Made by a program: the position numbers and the translations under genes
The notes under the pieces: model-generated
The model's database searches: none
Told to the model about the DNA's origin: nothing
Seen by the model: only the letters and a program-made list of their open reading frames with translations
Shown: piece after piece, positions 28,307 to 37,847 of the stretch
Position numbering within the stretch: position 1 is the first letter of the stretch
Layout of the letters: each line of letters starts with the position of its first letter
Source: an uncultured Planctomycetaceae bacterium
GTDB lineage: Bacteria; Planctomycetota; Planctomycetia; Planctomycetales; Planctomycetaceae
Assembly (NCBI GenBank): GCA_963976765.1
Contig: CAXBME010000026.1
Location: 1 to 64,000, forward strand
DNA: 64,000 nt
Direction of reading: 5' to 3'

Positions 28307-28705
28307 GTTCGCTTTCCCTGCGGTCCTACAGGTGACGTAGTTTTCGCAGTCTGCCAACTATTGCTGACGTTTTCAATGATCAAATGAGATTAAGTATCAG
28401 TTTCTGTCACAATGTTTCACAGTCTTGCGTAGGCATACGGGATGCCTGCGCAAACTGTAACAGGGGTATCTACCACGTTTTGAACAACGTGCAGGCTGAA
28501 TCGGCCACCCAAACTGCGGAGCACAGGTCTCTTGCGAAGGATTTTCATGTGAACCGGGCTGAAACGACTGCCCGGTTTCAACAGGTTACTCCGATGCTTC
28601 CTTCCGAAGTCTTCAAGGCTATGCTCTCCAGCCATCACCCATCAGCAGTGACTGACGCGTTTCTTCAGGTCGGCGACAACTGATTTCAAACAAGGGGCTC
28701 GAAAC

Positions 28706-30553
28706 ATGCTTCGAACGATCTGCATTTTTCTTGGACTCATCGCTGCAGACATCATCAGTATCAAGTCGCTACTTGCCGCTGATCCGCCGAGGCTTGAGTT
28801 CACACGAATGGTGGCTCACTGGGCGAAGTACGACGATTCGGAATACCTCGCCTTCATCGACGAAGCCCAGCCCGAACTGGTTCAGCTCGGCTTTTACGGT
28901 GGCCACTTCTGGAGTCTGGCTCACACTGAGTCTTATAAAGGCTACCCGGCGCACCTGCCGGTGAGAGGGCATGATGAGTGCGGCCGCTGGTTCGAAGAAA
29001 GGAACTCGGCACTCAGAAAACGCGGCGTCAAAGTCGTCGGCCATTTCAACGTTGAGTTTCTCGTCGGGGACATCGATGGCGAGAATGGTCCGACCGGTTT
29101 TTTCGATTTCTATCGGAACCATTGGGGCGAGGAAGAGTTGGGCCCAAAGCCCGTCGACGATCCGGTCGATCTGCTGGAAACTGGTCCGGACGGAAAACCG
29201 ATCGGGCAGAAGGGGTACGGCATCGGCGGCATGCACGAATACTGGGCCTGTCTGAGAAACCCTCACTGGCAAACGGTCATGAAAGCTTTCGTCAAACGCG
29301 GAATTGAACGCGGCGTCGACGGTTACATCGCCAACTACTTTTATCGACACAATTGCCTGTGCGAGCATTGCCAAAACGGATTCCGTCGTTACCTCGCTGA
29401 TCGCCACGAACCAGCGAAACTCAAACAGCAGTTCGGCATTGAGGATGTCACGACTCACGAATTCGACGAGATCGTTTACTGGCACAAGCCGGAAGAATCG
29501 ACACCGCTGCGCCGCGAGATGCTTCGCTGGTCGCAGATTTCGAACAAGCAGGTGTTTGACGAGGTCTTCCAGAAGTACGGCCGCTCATTGAAGCCGGATC
29601 TGATCACGGCACAATGGAATCATCTGGGAAAAATTACGCCGATCCGCGGAGACGAACGCAGCCTGATGCCCGCCGAACTGTGGGGGAAGGGCGAAGACTA
29701 CCTGTGGTACAGCACCGGCGCCTCTGCTTACTTCACCGATCTGGAAAATCGGTTCCTCGGCGATGCGACTCTGCAGGCTCGATATATTCGAGGTTCGTTC
29801 GACGACAAACCGTACACACTCGGCAAGTACGAAAGTACGCGCATCCGCGCGGCGATTGCCGAACTGGCCGCCAACGGTGGAGCACCGATGGGCTTTTACA
29901 CTCGATATACCGACCCGGAAGCTCGGAAAGTCATCGCTCAGTATTACCAGTTCCTGAAGAAGCATGACGCGATTTACCGGGCGAATCGCTCGCACGCGGA
30001 AGTCGCACTGCTGTTTCCTCGCAAAGCCGTTCACGCGGGCGACGTCGAATCGGTCGACCGTTTTAGAGAGATCGGCACAACGCTCCTGGACGAGCACGTG
30101 CTGTTTGACGTTGTTCCTGATGATCTCGCAACAGACAAACTACTGGCGAGGTACTCGCGAGTCGTTAGCGTCGATCAGCCCGATACTGAAGCAATTATCG
30201 CCGACAAGGTGCGCAGCCAGTTCGAGTTGCCTTACACCGTTCGGATCTCCGCCAGTCGACCTGCAGAAGGCGACGGTCTGGCCGTTCACTTTGTGAATTA
30301 CAACCGCGAAGAACCACCTCGTAGAAAGAACGGTGAACCGAGCGCCGGACGAGGCATCTCGGACGAAAAGCCGATCGCGGTGCCGGAATCAAAGGTCGTG
30401 ATCCGGCTGCCGGAAGATCAGAAGGTTTCGCAGGTGAAGTTTCTGACGCCAGAATCCAGAGAAGTATCGCTGCTGGAGTTTCAGGTAGAAGTTGATCGGC
30501 TTTCCGTCACGCTGCCTGAGTTCCTTGTTTACGGCGTGCTTCTGATTGAATGA
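28706..30553 (+). CDS. secreted hypothetical protein, glycoside-hydrolase-like (GH42/GHL-type architecture)
   Basis: Signal peptide, WACLRNPHW..GVDGYI..CLCEHCQNGFRRYL (recalls the GH42-type Cys cluster), then EVALLF..HVLFDVV and VHFVNY. The family assignment is inferred. Confidence 0.6.
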   Translation: MLRTICIFLGLIAADIISIKSLLAADPPRLEFTRMVAHWAKYDDSEYLAFIDEAQPELVQLGFYGGHFWSLAHTESYKGYPAHLPVRGHDECGRWFEERNSALRKRGVKVVGHFNVEFLVGDIDGENGPTGFFDFYRNHWGEEELGPKPVDDPVDLLETGPDGKPIGQKGYGIGGMHEYWACLRNPHWQTVMKAFVKRGIERGVDGYIANYFYRHNCLCEHCQNGFRRYLADRHEPAKLKQQFGIEDVTTHEFDEIVYWHKPEESTPLRREMLRWSQISNKQVFDEVFQKYGRSLKPDLITAQWNHLGKITPIRGDERSLMPAELWGKGEDYLWYSTGASAYFTDLENRFLGDATLQARYIRGSFDDKPYTLGKYESTRIRAAIAELAANGGAPMGFYTRYTDPEARKVIAQYYQFLKKHDAIYRANRSHAEVALLFPRKAVHAGDVESVDRFREIGTTLLDEHVLFDVVPDDLATDKLLARYSRVVSVDQPDTEAIIADKVRSQFELPYTVRISASRPAEGDGLAVHFVNYNREEPPRRKNGEPSAGRGISDEKPIAVPESKVVIRLPEDQKVSQVKFLTPESREVSLLEFQVEVDRLSVTLPEFLVYGVLLIE

Positions 30554-30569
30554 AGCTTTCCAGGAAGCA

Positions 30570-30816
30570 CGTGTTCGCCACCGGACAGCCACTCTACTGC
30601 CGCCGTGTTTATTCGGCAGGATTCTCGATGTCATGCTCGCCGTTGGTGGGAAGTCCGGCAAGTACCCGGAGTTCAAAGAAAACGTCGCCACTGCCTGCAG
30701 CCGCCCTTTGTCAAAATGGCGGAAGTTCCGGCAGTCACTACAACGGCAACGAAGAAACCTGCATGAATATCGGCGAAGCGATGGGCCGTGCGATGGTCGA
30801 GCCGCTGAAGAAGTGA
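30570..30816 (+). pseudogene. frameshifted 3-prime remnant resembling a sialate O-acetylesterase (SASA/DUF303-like) gene
   Basis: One frame reads ILDVMLAVGGKSGKYPEFKENVATACSRPLS. After the A4 run at 30713-30716 the next frame continues GGSSGSHYNGNEETCMNIGEAMGRAMVEPLKK-stop. No 5-prime part is present. Confidence 0.55.
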
Positions 30817-31058
30817 GCCGACTACGAAGTTCAGGAGCGACACGCTTTCGTTGTGACAGACCGTTGCCTGAGTTCACCGCCGTGAAAGTTTAGCGAAAAC
30901 TTGCAGTCCTCCGGTTTTTGCTGGAATTGGCAGCCGGAAATGCCGAATTATCGATAAGGCTTTCCCAGACTTCCTGGCCCCACACGGGACAGCCTCCTCC
31001 TGAATTCACTTAATTCAGTTGGATCTGCTTAATTCAGCACGTCAGGACAGGATGTCCA

Positions 31059-34000
31059 ATGCTCAAGTTTTCGCTCTTCAAGTTCGGTCGTGTCAAAAGT
31101 CAACGACGGAAAGGTTTCAACCACCGCTGTGGGCAAACGCCGGCTCATCACGGCGAGAGACTGCAAGCACGCACGCTACTGACAACGTTCATGGTCTCAT
31201 CCACGGCAGACAGTTTTGACAACGTCTTTGGCGATGGCGTGGCGGCAGACCGCAACGGCGTCGACTCTTTACGAGCGGCGATTCAGGAATCGAACGCGCT
31301 GGCCGGTCCCGACACGATTTACCTGACGTCGGGAACATTCACTCTGTCGTTTGACGGCTTCGACGACGACAACGCCATCAGAGGCGACCTGGACATCACC
31401 GACGACGTAACCATCATTGGTGCCGGCGCCGAGAACACCATCATCGACGGTGGCGGGATCGATCGGATTTTCGACATCTTTCCGGGCACCAATGTCAGCA
31501 TTTCGGGAGTGACAATCCGCAATGGCACAGCTCGTAACGGAGCCGGCATCCGCAGCACCGGATCGCTCACGATCGAAAACAGCATCATTGAAAATAATAT
31601 TGCCGAAGGAGCATTCGATTCGGTCGGCGGCGGAATCGCCAATTCTCAGGGTGGTAACCTGACACTGAATGGCGTGATCGTTCGCAATAATACGTCCGAG
31701 ATTCATGGTGGGGGACTGTATTCAACGGACTCGACCGTGACGATTACCGACAGCGTCTTCGAAAATAACAGCACCGAAATGGATGGCGGCGGGATCTCCG
31801 TGTTCAACGGTCGGCTCGACATGACTGGAGGAGCCCTTCGGAATAACTCAGCCGACCTGGACGGTGGCGGGTTGAGTATGGAAAGCGCCATTGTGTCGCT
31901 GACTGAAGTGTCCGTCTCAAGTAATACCGCAACGGAAGAAGGCGGCGGAATCAACGTATTCGGAAACGGAGCCGAACTCCGAATTTTCACCAGCACGATC
32001 GCAGACAACTCAGCGACGAACGAAGGCGGCGGAATTCGCGCGGCTGGAGTGACGCTTGGGTTAATGGACACAACAGTTTCCGGCAACACGACAACGCTCG
32101 GCGGCGGTGGCCTCTTCAGCAACGCATCGCTCGTCGAAATTCAGAACAGCCTGTTTGCTTACAACACTGCCAGTGAAGATGGCGGTGCGATCAGCAGCAA
32201 CGGTTTTACCGGCTCGCTCGGGGTCAGCAATTCGACCTTCTCCGGAAATTCGACTCTGCTTTCCGGTGGAGCAATTTTCAATGCGGCATCAGGCGGGACG
32301 TCCCTGGTCAACGCGACAATCACTGCGAATTCAGCCGGCACAATCGGTGGAGGAATTCGATCGACAACGCTGACAGGACTTGGAAACACGATCGTTGCCG
32401 AGAACACTGCTGTTACTAGAGACTTTGACGTTTCAGGCGCGTACTTCACACTCGGAAACAACCTCATTGGACGAGTCGACAACGCGACCGGTTTGTTCTT
32501 CGGGCGGAACAACGACCAGATCGGTTTCTCGAACTCGCTTGTCGACCCGGGGCTGGAGCCGCTGGCAGACAATGGCGGTCCGACATTAAGTCACGCTCTG
32601 ATTCTGGCGAGTCCGGCAGTTGATGCAGGCAATTCTCTCGGTGCTGCACAGCTCGATCAGGCCGGCAACTTTCGTAATTCCGACGGTGACAGAGACGGTG
32701 TTTCTATCGTCGATATTGGAGCCGTCGAGTTCATCAATGAAACGATCACATTCATCGTCAACACGACTGAAGATACATCTGACGCAGTCACGGCTGACGA
32801 CTTCGCATTTGACAGCAACGGAAAAGTCTCACTTCGCTCAGCGATTCAGGAAACAAACTCAATCGCCGGAGAGGCGATCATCGCCCTGCCGGCTGGCACG
32901 TACACCTTGACGCGAGCCGGCATCAACGAAGACTTTGCGTCGACCGGCGACCTCGACATCAATGATCACCTGACGATTCGTGGAGCGGGCGCCGACACGA
33001 CGTTCATTGATGGTGGATCGCTCGACCGATTGTTTGACATCGCCCCGAACGTCACGTTCGTGCTGAGTGGCGTCACGATTCAGAACGGTGCGGCAGAATT
33101 CGGTGCGGGTATCTATAACGAAAGCGGCAACATCGTTCTTCAGGATGTCGTGATTACCGGAAACGTTGCTTCTGAGTCTGCAACTGGCGAGGCCAATGGT
33201 GGTGGGATCTTCAATAATCAAGGAAGCGTGCTGCTGGAAAGGGTGACTGTTACAGGCAACTCCGCCGAGGAAGATGGCGGAGGCGTTTACTCGCTCAACG
33301 GGTTCCTCGAAGTTAACGACAGCTCGATCGACAACAACACTTCGTCGAGATTCGGCGGGGGCCTGGCAGTTAACGGCGGCACGACTGATGTGGTCAGCTC
33401 GACCATTGCCAGCAACACGGCAACAGATGACGGTGGCGGGTTGAGTATCTATCCCGGCTCTACGGTAACGATTGAAACCTCAACGATCCGTGAGAACATC
33501 TCTGGCGATATTGGCGGCGGTGTTTACTCGCGTAGTTCGAGCGTGACATTGATCGACTCGACAGTTGCCGGAAACGTTGCCGAATCCGATGGAGGTGGAC
33601 TGGCTGGCGATGAGATGTCGTTGCAGCTTCTGCGAAGCACGGTCCATACCAATTCATCAGGCAGAGCCGGCGGTGGAGTCGCGCTGGCGGGCAGCAGCGC
33701 AACCGTGGCACAAAGTACGATTTCGGGAAACAGCGCTGTCGGTAATGGAGGCGGAATCGCCAGCTTCGATCGCACGAGCATTGATGCGACCAACGCCACG
33801 ATCGTGAACAACTCATCCGAGTCAACCAGTGGCGGGATCTGGAACGACGGATTTCTGAACATCGGCAACACGATCGTGGCCGGGAACACAGACTTCTTCG
33901 GTCGGCCAGACATCAGCGGAACCGTTGCCAGTAAGGGCTCCAACATCTTCGGAGTCAATTCCGGAATTCAGGGCGCAGCGAATCGGCTGAACGGTGACCA

Positions 34001-35762
34001 GATTGGAACCGCCGCGTTCCCGCTCGATCCGCTGCTGACAGAACTGCTCGACAATGGCGGCCCGACGTTGACTCATGTCCCGCGCACCGGCAGCGTTGCT
34101 ATCGACACTGGAACCTCGCTGACGTTCCGTAACGATGCCAGCCTTTCGGCGGAATTCTGGTCGACCGACCAGCGCGGCCGCGACCGCATCCTGGACGGCA
34201 ATCAGAACGATGCCGATCGAATCGACGTTGGAGCGGTCGAGTTCTTCGGAATGACGCTCGATGCCGGCGCGTTCGGCAGCGATCTTCAATTGAGCGTTGT
34301 GGATGGCGGTGTCGAACTTGCCGATCGCCCGGACATCGTTGCGACGGGTTCCGCAAAGGTCTACTTTCAGTTTGCTGACAACCAACTGGACCATCTTCAA
34401 ATTCGAGGTACGAACGTTGACGAGTCGTTGACGGTCGATTTTTCGAACGGCAACCCGCTGCCGTTTGCCGGGATCGATCTACTGGGAACCGGAGGCGCTG
34501 ATTCTGACTCGTTGAGTCTTTCCGGTGGCGCTGCTTCAGTTGTCTCGCACGAGCTGGACTCCGATGTGGACGGCTCGGTCACCGTGGACGGTCGACGGAT
34601 TGCCTATACCAGCATTGAGAACCTGTCCGACTTGATTGACCCGACGTCACGCAGCATCGTCTTCTCAAGCGGAACAGACGACGTCACGGTTTCCGATTCT
34701 GGCAGTTCTTCTGACGGGATCAGCACAATCGACCGGGATGGTTTCGGAACAGCTATTTCCGTTCGACTTGGCTCCGGCGACCTGAGTCTGACGACCGGCG
34801 TCCGCAACAATATCATTCAGTTTGAATCGGTCGACGCGGCGTTCACCGGAAAAGTGAATATTGATACTGGTGCCGGCAACGATTTTGTCGATCTGTCGAT
34901 CCTGAACTCGGACAATACCGTCGATACTGGAGCCGGCAACGACAGCATCATCACCGGCTCAGGCAACGATACTATTAACGCGGGAATGGGTTTTGATTCA
35001 GTCTTTGCTGGCGACGGCGACGACTTCATCTTCGGCGGCGGCGGTCGCGACACTCTGAAAGGTGGCAACGGCAATGACATGATCAATGCTCAAGGAGGCT
35101 CGGGCGACTTCCTTTCCGGCGGCAATGGTGACGATACGTTGAAAGGCGGCGGCGGAACCAGAGACCGCATTGTCGAACAGGGCAATGTTGATTTCGTTCT
35201 GACCGACGACTCGTTGACAGGACTCGGCAACGATGTGATCAGCGGAATTGACCTCGCCATTCTGACCGGTGGCTCCGGAGCAAACCGTCTGGACGCTTCC
35301 GGGTTCAGCGGCAAAGTCACGCTCGACGGAAGTACCGGAGACGATACCTTGACTGGCGGCTCGAATCGAGATCGCCTGGTGGGCGGTTCCGGAAATGATT
35401 ATCTCGACGGCGGCGCGGACAACGATTGGCTGCTTGGTGGAACTGGTGACGACTTCCTGTTCGGAAACCAGGGAGAAGACACGATTCTGGGCGAAGGCGG
35501 CAACGACACGCTGCAAGGCGGAGGGGACCGCGACACGCTGGACGGTGGCAGCGGTTTTGACCGGGCGTTCGAAAGTGCCGACGTCAGCAGTTTCGTGCTA
35601 ACGGATGAACAGATTCGCGGCTTCGGCACCAATACGCTTCGCAAGATTGAAGAGGTCCGCGTCGAAGGAGGAATCAATACAAAGTTGATAGACACATCCG
35701 GCTACACAGGCCGGGCAACACTCGTCGGGGCCGATGGCGTCGAGACGATCATCGGTACATAG
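31059..35762 (+). CDS. giant extracellular repeat protein: two CSLREA-like/beta-helix/choice-of-anchor-Q-like modules plus RTX Ca-binding repeats
   Basis: N-terminal ERLQARTLLT. SLR(A/S)AIQE.N occurs twice, GGGI/GGAI repeats are frequent, L.DNGGPTL.H...D(I/V)GAVEF occurs twice, and the C-terminus has GG.G.D nonapeptides. Confidence 0.88.
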   Translation: MLKFSLFKFGRVKSQRRKGFNHRCGQTPAHHGERLQARTLLTTFMVSSTADSFDNVFGDGVAADRNGVDSLRAAIQESNALAGPDTIYLTSGTFTLSFDGFDDDNAIRGDLDITDDVTIIGAGAENTIIDGGGIDRIFDIFPGTNVSISGVTIRNGTARNGAGIRSTGSLTIENSIIENNIAEGAFDSVGGGIANSQGGNLTLNGVIVRNNTSEIHGGGLYSTDSTVTITDSVFENNSTEMDGGGISVFNGRLDMTGGALRNNSADLDGGGLSMESAIVSLTEVSVSSNTATEEGGGINVFGNGAELRIFTSTIADNSATNEGGGIRAAGVTLGLMDTTVSGNTTTLGGGGLFSNASLVEIQNSLFAYNTASEDGGAISSNGFTGSLGVSNSTFSGNSTLLSGGAIFNAASGGTSLVNATITANSAGTIGGGIRSTTLTGLGNTIVAENTAVTRDFDVSGAYFTLGNNLIGRVDNATGLFFGRNNDQIGFSNSLVDPGLEPLADNGGPTLSHALILASPAVDAGNSLGAAQLDQAGNFRNSDGDRDGVSIVDIGAVEFINETITFIVNTTEDTSDAVTADDFAFDSNGKVSLRSAIQETNSIAGEAIIALPAGTYTLTRAGINEDFASTGDLDINDHLTIRGAGADTTFIDGGSLDRLFDIAPNVTFVLSGVTIQNGAAEFGAGIYNESGNIVLQDVVITGNVASESATGEANGGGIFNNQGSVLLERVTVTGNSAEEDGGGVYSLNGFLEVNDSSIDNNTSSRFGGGLAVNGGTTDVVSSTIASNTATDDGGGLSIYPGSTVTIETSTIRENISGDIGGGVYSRSSSVTLIDSTVAGNVAESDGGGLAGDEMSLQLLRSTVHTNSSGRAGGGVALAGSSATVAQSTISGNSAVGNGGGIASFDRTSIDATNATIVNNSSESTSGGIWNDGFLNIGNTIVAGNTDFFGRPDISGTVASKGSNIFGVNSGIQGAANRLNGDQIGTAAFPLDPLLTELLDNGGPTLTHVPRTGSVAIDTGTSLTFRNDASLSAEFWSTDQRGRDRILDGNQNDADRIDVGAVEFFGMTLDAGAFGSDLQLSVVDGGVELADRPDIVATGSAKVYFQFADNQLDHLQIRGTNVDESLTVDFSNGNPLPFAGIDLLGTGGADSDSLSLSGGAASVVSHELDSDVDGSVTVDGRRIAYTSIENLSDLIDPTSRSIVFSSGTDDVTVSDSGSSSDGISTIDRDGFGTAISVRLGSGDLSLTTGVRNNIIQFESVDAAFTGKVNIDTGAGNDFVDLSILNSDNTVDTGAGNDSIITGSGNDTINAGMGFDSVFAGDGDDFIFGGGGRDTLKGGNGNDMINAQGGSGDFLSGGNGDDTLKGGGGTRDRIVEQGNVDFVLTDDSLTGLGNDVISGIDLAILTGGSGANRLDASGFSGKVTLDGSTGDDTLTGGSNRDRLVGGSGNDYLDGGADNDWLLGGTGDDFLFGNQGEDTILGEGGNDTLQGGGDRDTLDGGSGFDRAFESADVSSFVLTDEQIRGFGTNTLRKIEEVRVEGGINTKLIDTSGYTGRATLVGADGVETIIGT

Positions 35763-35775
35763 ATCGCTGCGTTGA

Positions 35776-37143
35776 TTATCGAGTCGTGGTGCCGAAGATC
35801 TCGGCGTGGGCTGTTCGATATTCGAGTTCGGTCTTCGGGAATACGTCGTCGAAGGATTCCTTGTCGACGGCTCCGTGCTGGAAGCGGCGCTTTTCGAAGA
35901 CGGGCATGGTGATGCCGGTGATGGCTTCGACACCTCGCCGACAGACTTCGCCTTTCAGGTCGTACAGCTTGCCGTGGTCCCATTCAGTAAGCTCGATGAA
36001 GGGAATTCCTTCGGCCACTTCGATCACATTGGGAAGGGCGAACGGGCTGAAACCACTGAATCCAAAATGCCGAGCGGGTGCCCAGGTGCGAACGTGGCCT
36101 CGACTCTGGCCGCCTGAGTACGTCAGCGAATGCTTGATCGCATGCACGCCCCAGCCTTCGTGATAAAGCATCTGGTTGTTCAAAACGCTGCGGATGGTGA
36201 GTTCCGGATTGTCTTCGATGGGATAATCTTTGAGGTTCTCATCGCCGCCGTCGCCGTCGGCCAGAAACTTCCAGTCCGGGTATCGGTTCCGAATTTCACG
36301 GCACAAAGCGATGCCCATTGTCGCCGACTGAATGTCGAGCGGTTTGTAATCCTCGGTGATCCGAATTGCTTCCACATAGTCGAGTGAACTTTTCGGAACG
36401 TCGACAACTTCCAGGAACATGCTGAGGTCGACCTCGTCCAGGAATCCTGCAGCCTGTTGAGCATCCGGGCTGAGCTGCTCGTTGCTGCCTGCGTCAGTAG
36501 CTGACAACGTGAACGCTTTCAGCCGCGACAGGTTCTCGCCTCGCTTCCTCATCAGATGGTACAGCGTGAGGAATAACGCACCGCTGTCGACGCCGCCGGA
36601 AAACATCACGCCGATCGGAGCCTGGGCATCGATTGAGTTAATTCCGTCGAGCCATTTCGAACACTCGTCGGCCAACGCTCCGATGTACGCTTTGCCGATT
36701 TCGTTCAGGTCAGTGCTCTGGCAGTTGCGTGCCGGATCAAAGTATCGGGTCAGCGTCGGATTTGGATCCGGGCAACCGACCAGCGACAGTTCGAGAATGT
36801 GATGAGCGGGCACCATCCGGGTATAGGACGGGTGAAACTGGTCCTCAAACCCTTCCTGTTTCAGCCAGGCGGCGATCTCATCAATTCGCTCAGCGACGAT
36901 CAGACATGGTCCATCGACCTGCTTGGCCAGGAAATACCGCATCGGTCGACCGATCGAACGAGCCATCCGAATACGCTTTCCCTCGCGATGCAGCAATGCA
37001 AACTGCCCATCAATGCCTCGCACCTTATGCGCGTCTCCGCTGCCAACCTGCTCAACGGCCTCGTCAACACTCATGTTGAAGATTGTGTTCCCAGCGGGAT
37101 CAAGCAGGTTGACCAGACGTTCGATGTAAGCATGATTCTGCAT
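35776..37143 (-). CDS. asparagine synthase-related ATP-dependent (PP-loop) protein
   Basis: GIDGQFAL, FSGGVDSG, DGDGGDE and EKRRFQHG, with no N-terminal catalytic Cys. ATG 37143. Confidence 0.82.
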   Translation of the reverse strand: MQNHAYIERLVNLLDPAGNTIFNMSVDEAVEQVGSGDAHKVRGIDGQFALLHREGKRIRMARSIGRPMRYFLAKQVDGPCLIVAERIDEIAAWLKQEGFEDQFHPSYTRMVPAHHILELSLVGCPDPNPTLTRYFDPARNCQSTDLNEIGKAYIGALADECSKWLDGINSIDAQAPIGVMFSGGVDSGALFLTLYHLMRKRGENLSRLKAFTLSATDAGSNEQLSPDAQQAAGFLDEVDLSMFLEVVDVPKSSLDYVEAIRITEDYKPLDIQSATMGIALCREIRNRYPDWKFLADGDGGDENLKDYPIEDNPELTIRSVLNNQMLYHEGWGVHAIKHSLTYSGGQSRGHVRTWAPARHFGFSGFSPFALPNVIEVAEGIPFIELTEWDHGKLYDLKGEVCRRGVEAITGITMPVFEKRRFQHGAVDKESFDDVFPKTELEYRTAHAEIFGTTTR

Positions 37144-37185
37144 GGCGGTTACCTGGCAAGCTGACGGCAACTCGTTTGAATTAAC

Positions 37186-37710
37186 CTAAGCACCTTCGCG
37201 AGTCTGCGTGATGGACTGGCCAGGGCTCGGCGGCAACTTCAGAACTTCGTCCGGGTAGAGCGACACGATGTACTCGACGATGTCCCGCATTGAAACAACC
37301 GCAACGGGGTGTCCCGATTCGTCTACGATGGGAACGTGCCGGTAACCACCGACAGACATCTGATTGAGTGCGTAAACCAGTTCATCTTCGCCGCGAAGTG
37401 TCTGCGGATTTCGAGTCATCAGATCGGCGACGGGAGTCTTGCTGATGTCGACATTTGAAGCTGCCACTTTGACCAGAACGTCCCGCTCGCTGAACACGCC
37501 GACAAGACTTCCGTCATCTACGACAAGCACGATGCCAACTCGCTTTTCAGTCATCGACTGAATTGCGTCGGCGACCGTCGCTGTCGAAGGCAGACAGACG
37601 ATTGGTTGCAACTCGGGAAGTTCGTGGAGCGGGTGCTGCAACGAATGGCTGTCAAACAGATCCTGTTCAGCGGCAACACTTGCTTCGTCATCCAGATAAT
37701 GGTCAGCCAT
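37186..37710 (-). CDS. stand-alone CBS-pair protein
   Basis: TVADAIQSM, LVGVFSERDVL, VADLMTRNP, GGYRHVPIVD and VSMRDIV. ATG 37710. Confidence 0.92.
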   Translation of the reverse strand: MADHYLDDEASVAAEQDLFDSHSLQHPLHELPELQPIVCLPSTATVADAIQSMTEKRVGIVLVVDDGSLVGVFSERDVLVKVAASNVDISKTPVADLMTRNPQTLRGEDELVYALNQMSVGGYRHVPIVDESGHPVAVVSMRDIVEYIVSLYPDEVLKLPPSPGQSITQTREGA

Positions 37711-37847
37711 CACGCACTCCCTTGTGGTTGAGAGGACTTGCAGAATCGCATGAAATCGGCGGTGCTGGACCGACTTCAGCAATGAGGAATTGAACTTCCC
37801 AGAATATCGATTCAGATCGTCGAGTCACGTGAGATTTTGACTGAAAC

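Noticed and set aside
30546..30893. ORFs 30546-30893 and 30550-30816 as intact genes
   Set aside because: They are better explained as two frames of one frameshifted remnant.
35776..37143. Lasso-peptide gene cluster around the AsnB-like gene
   Set aside because: No precursor peptide, PqqD/RRE protein, transglutaminase-like protease or exporter is adjacent.
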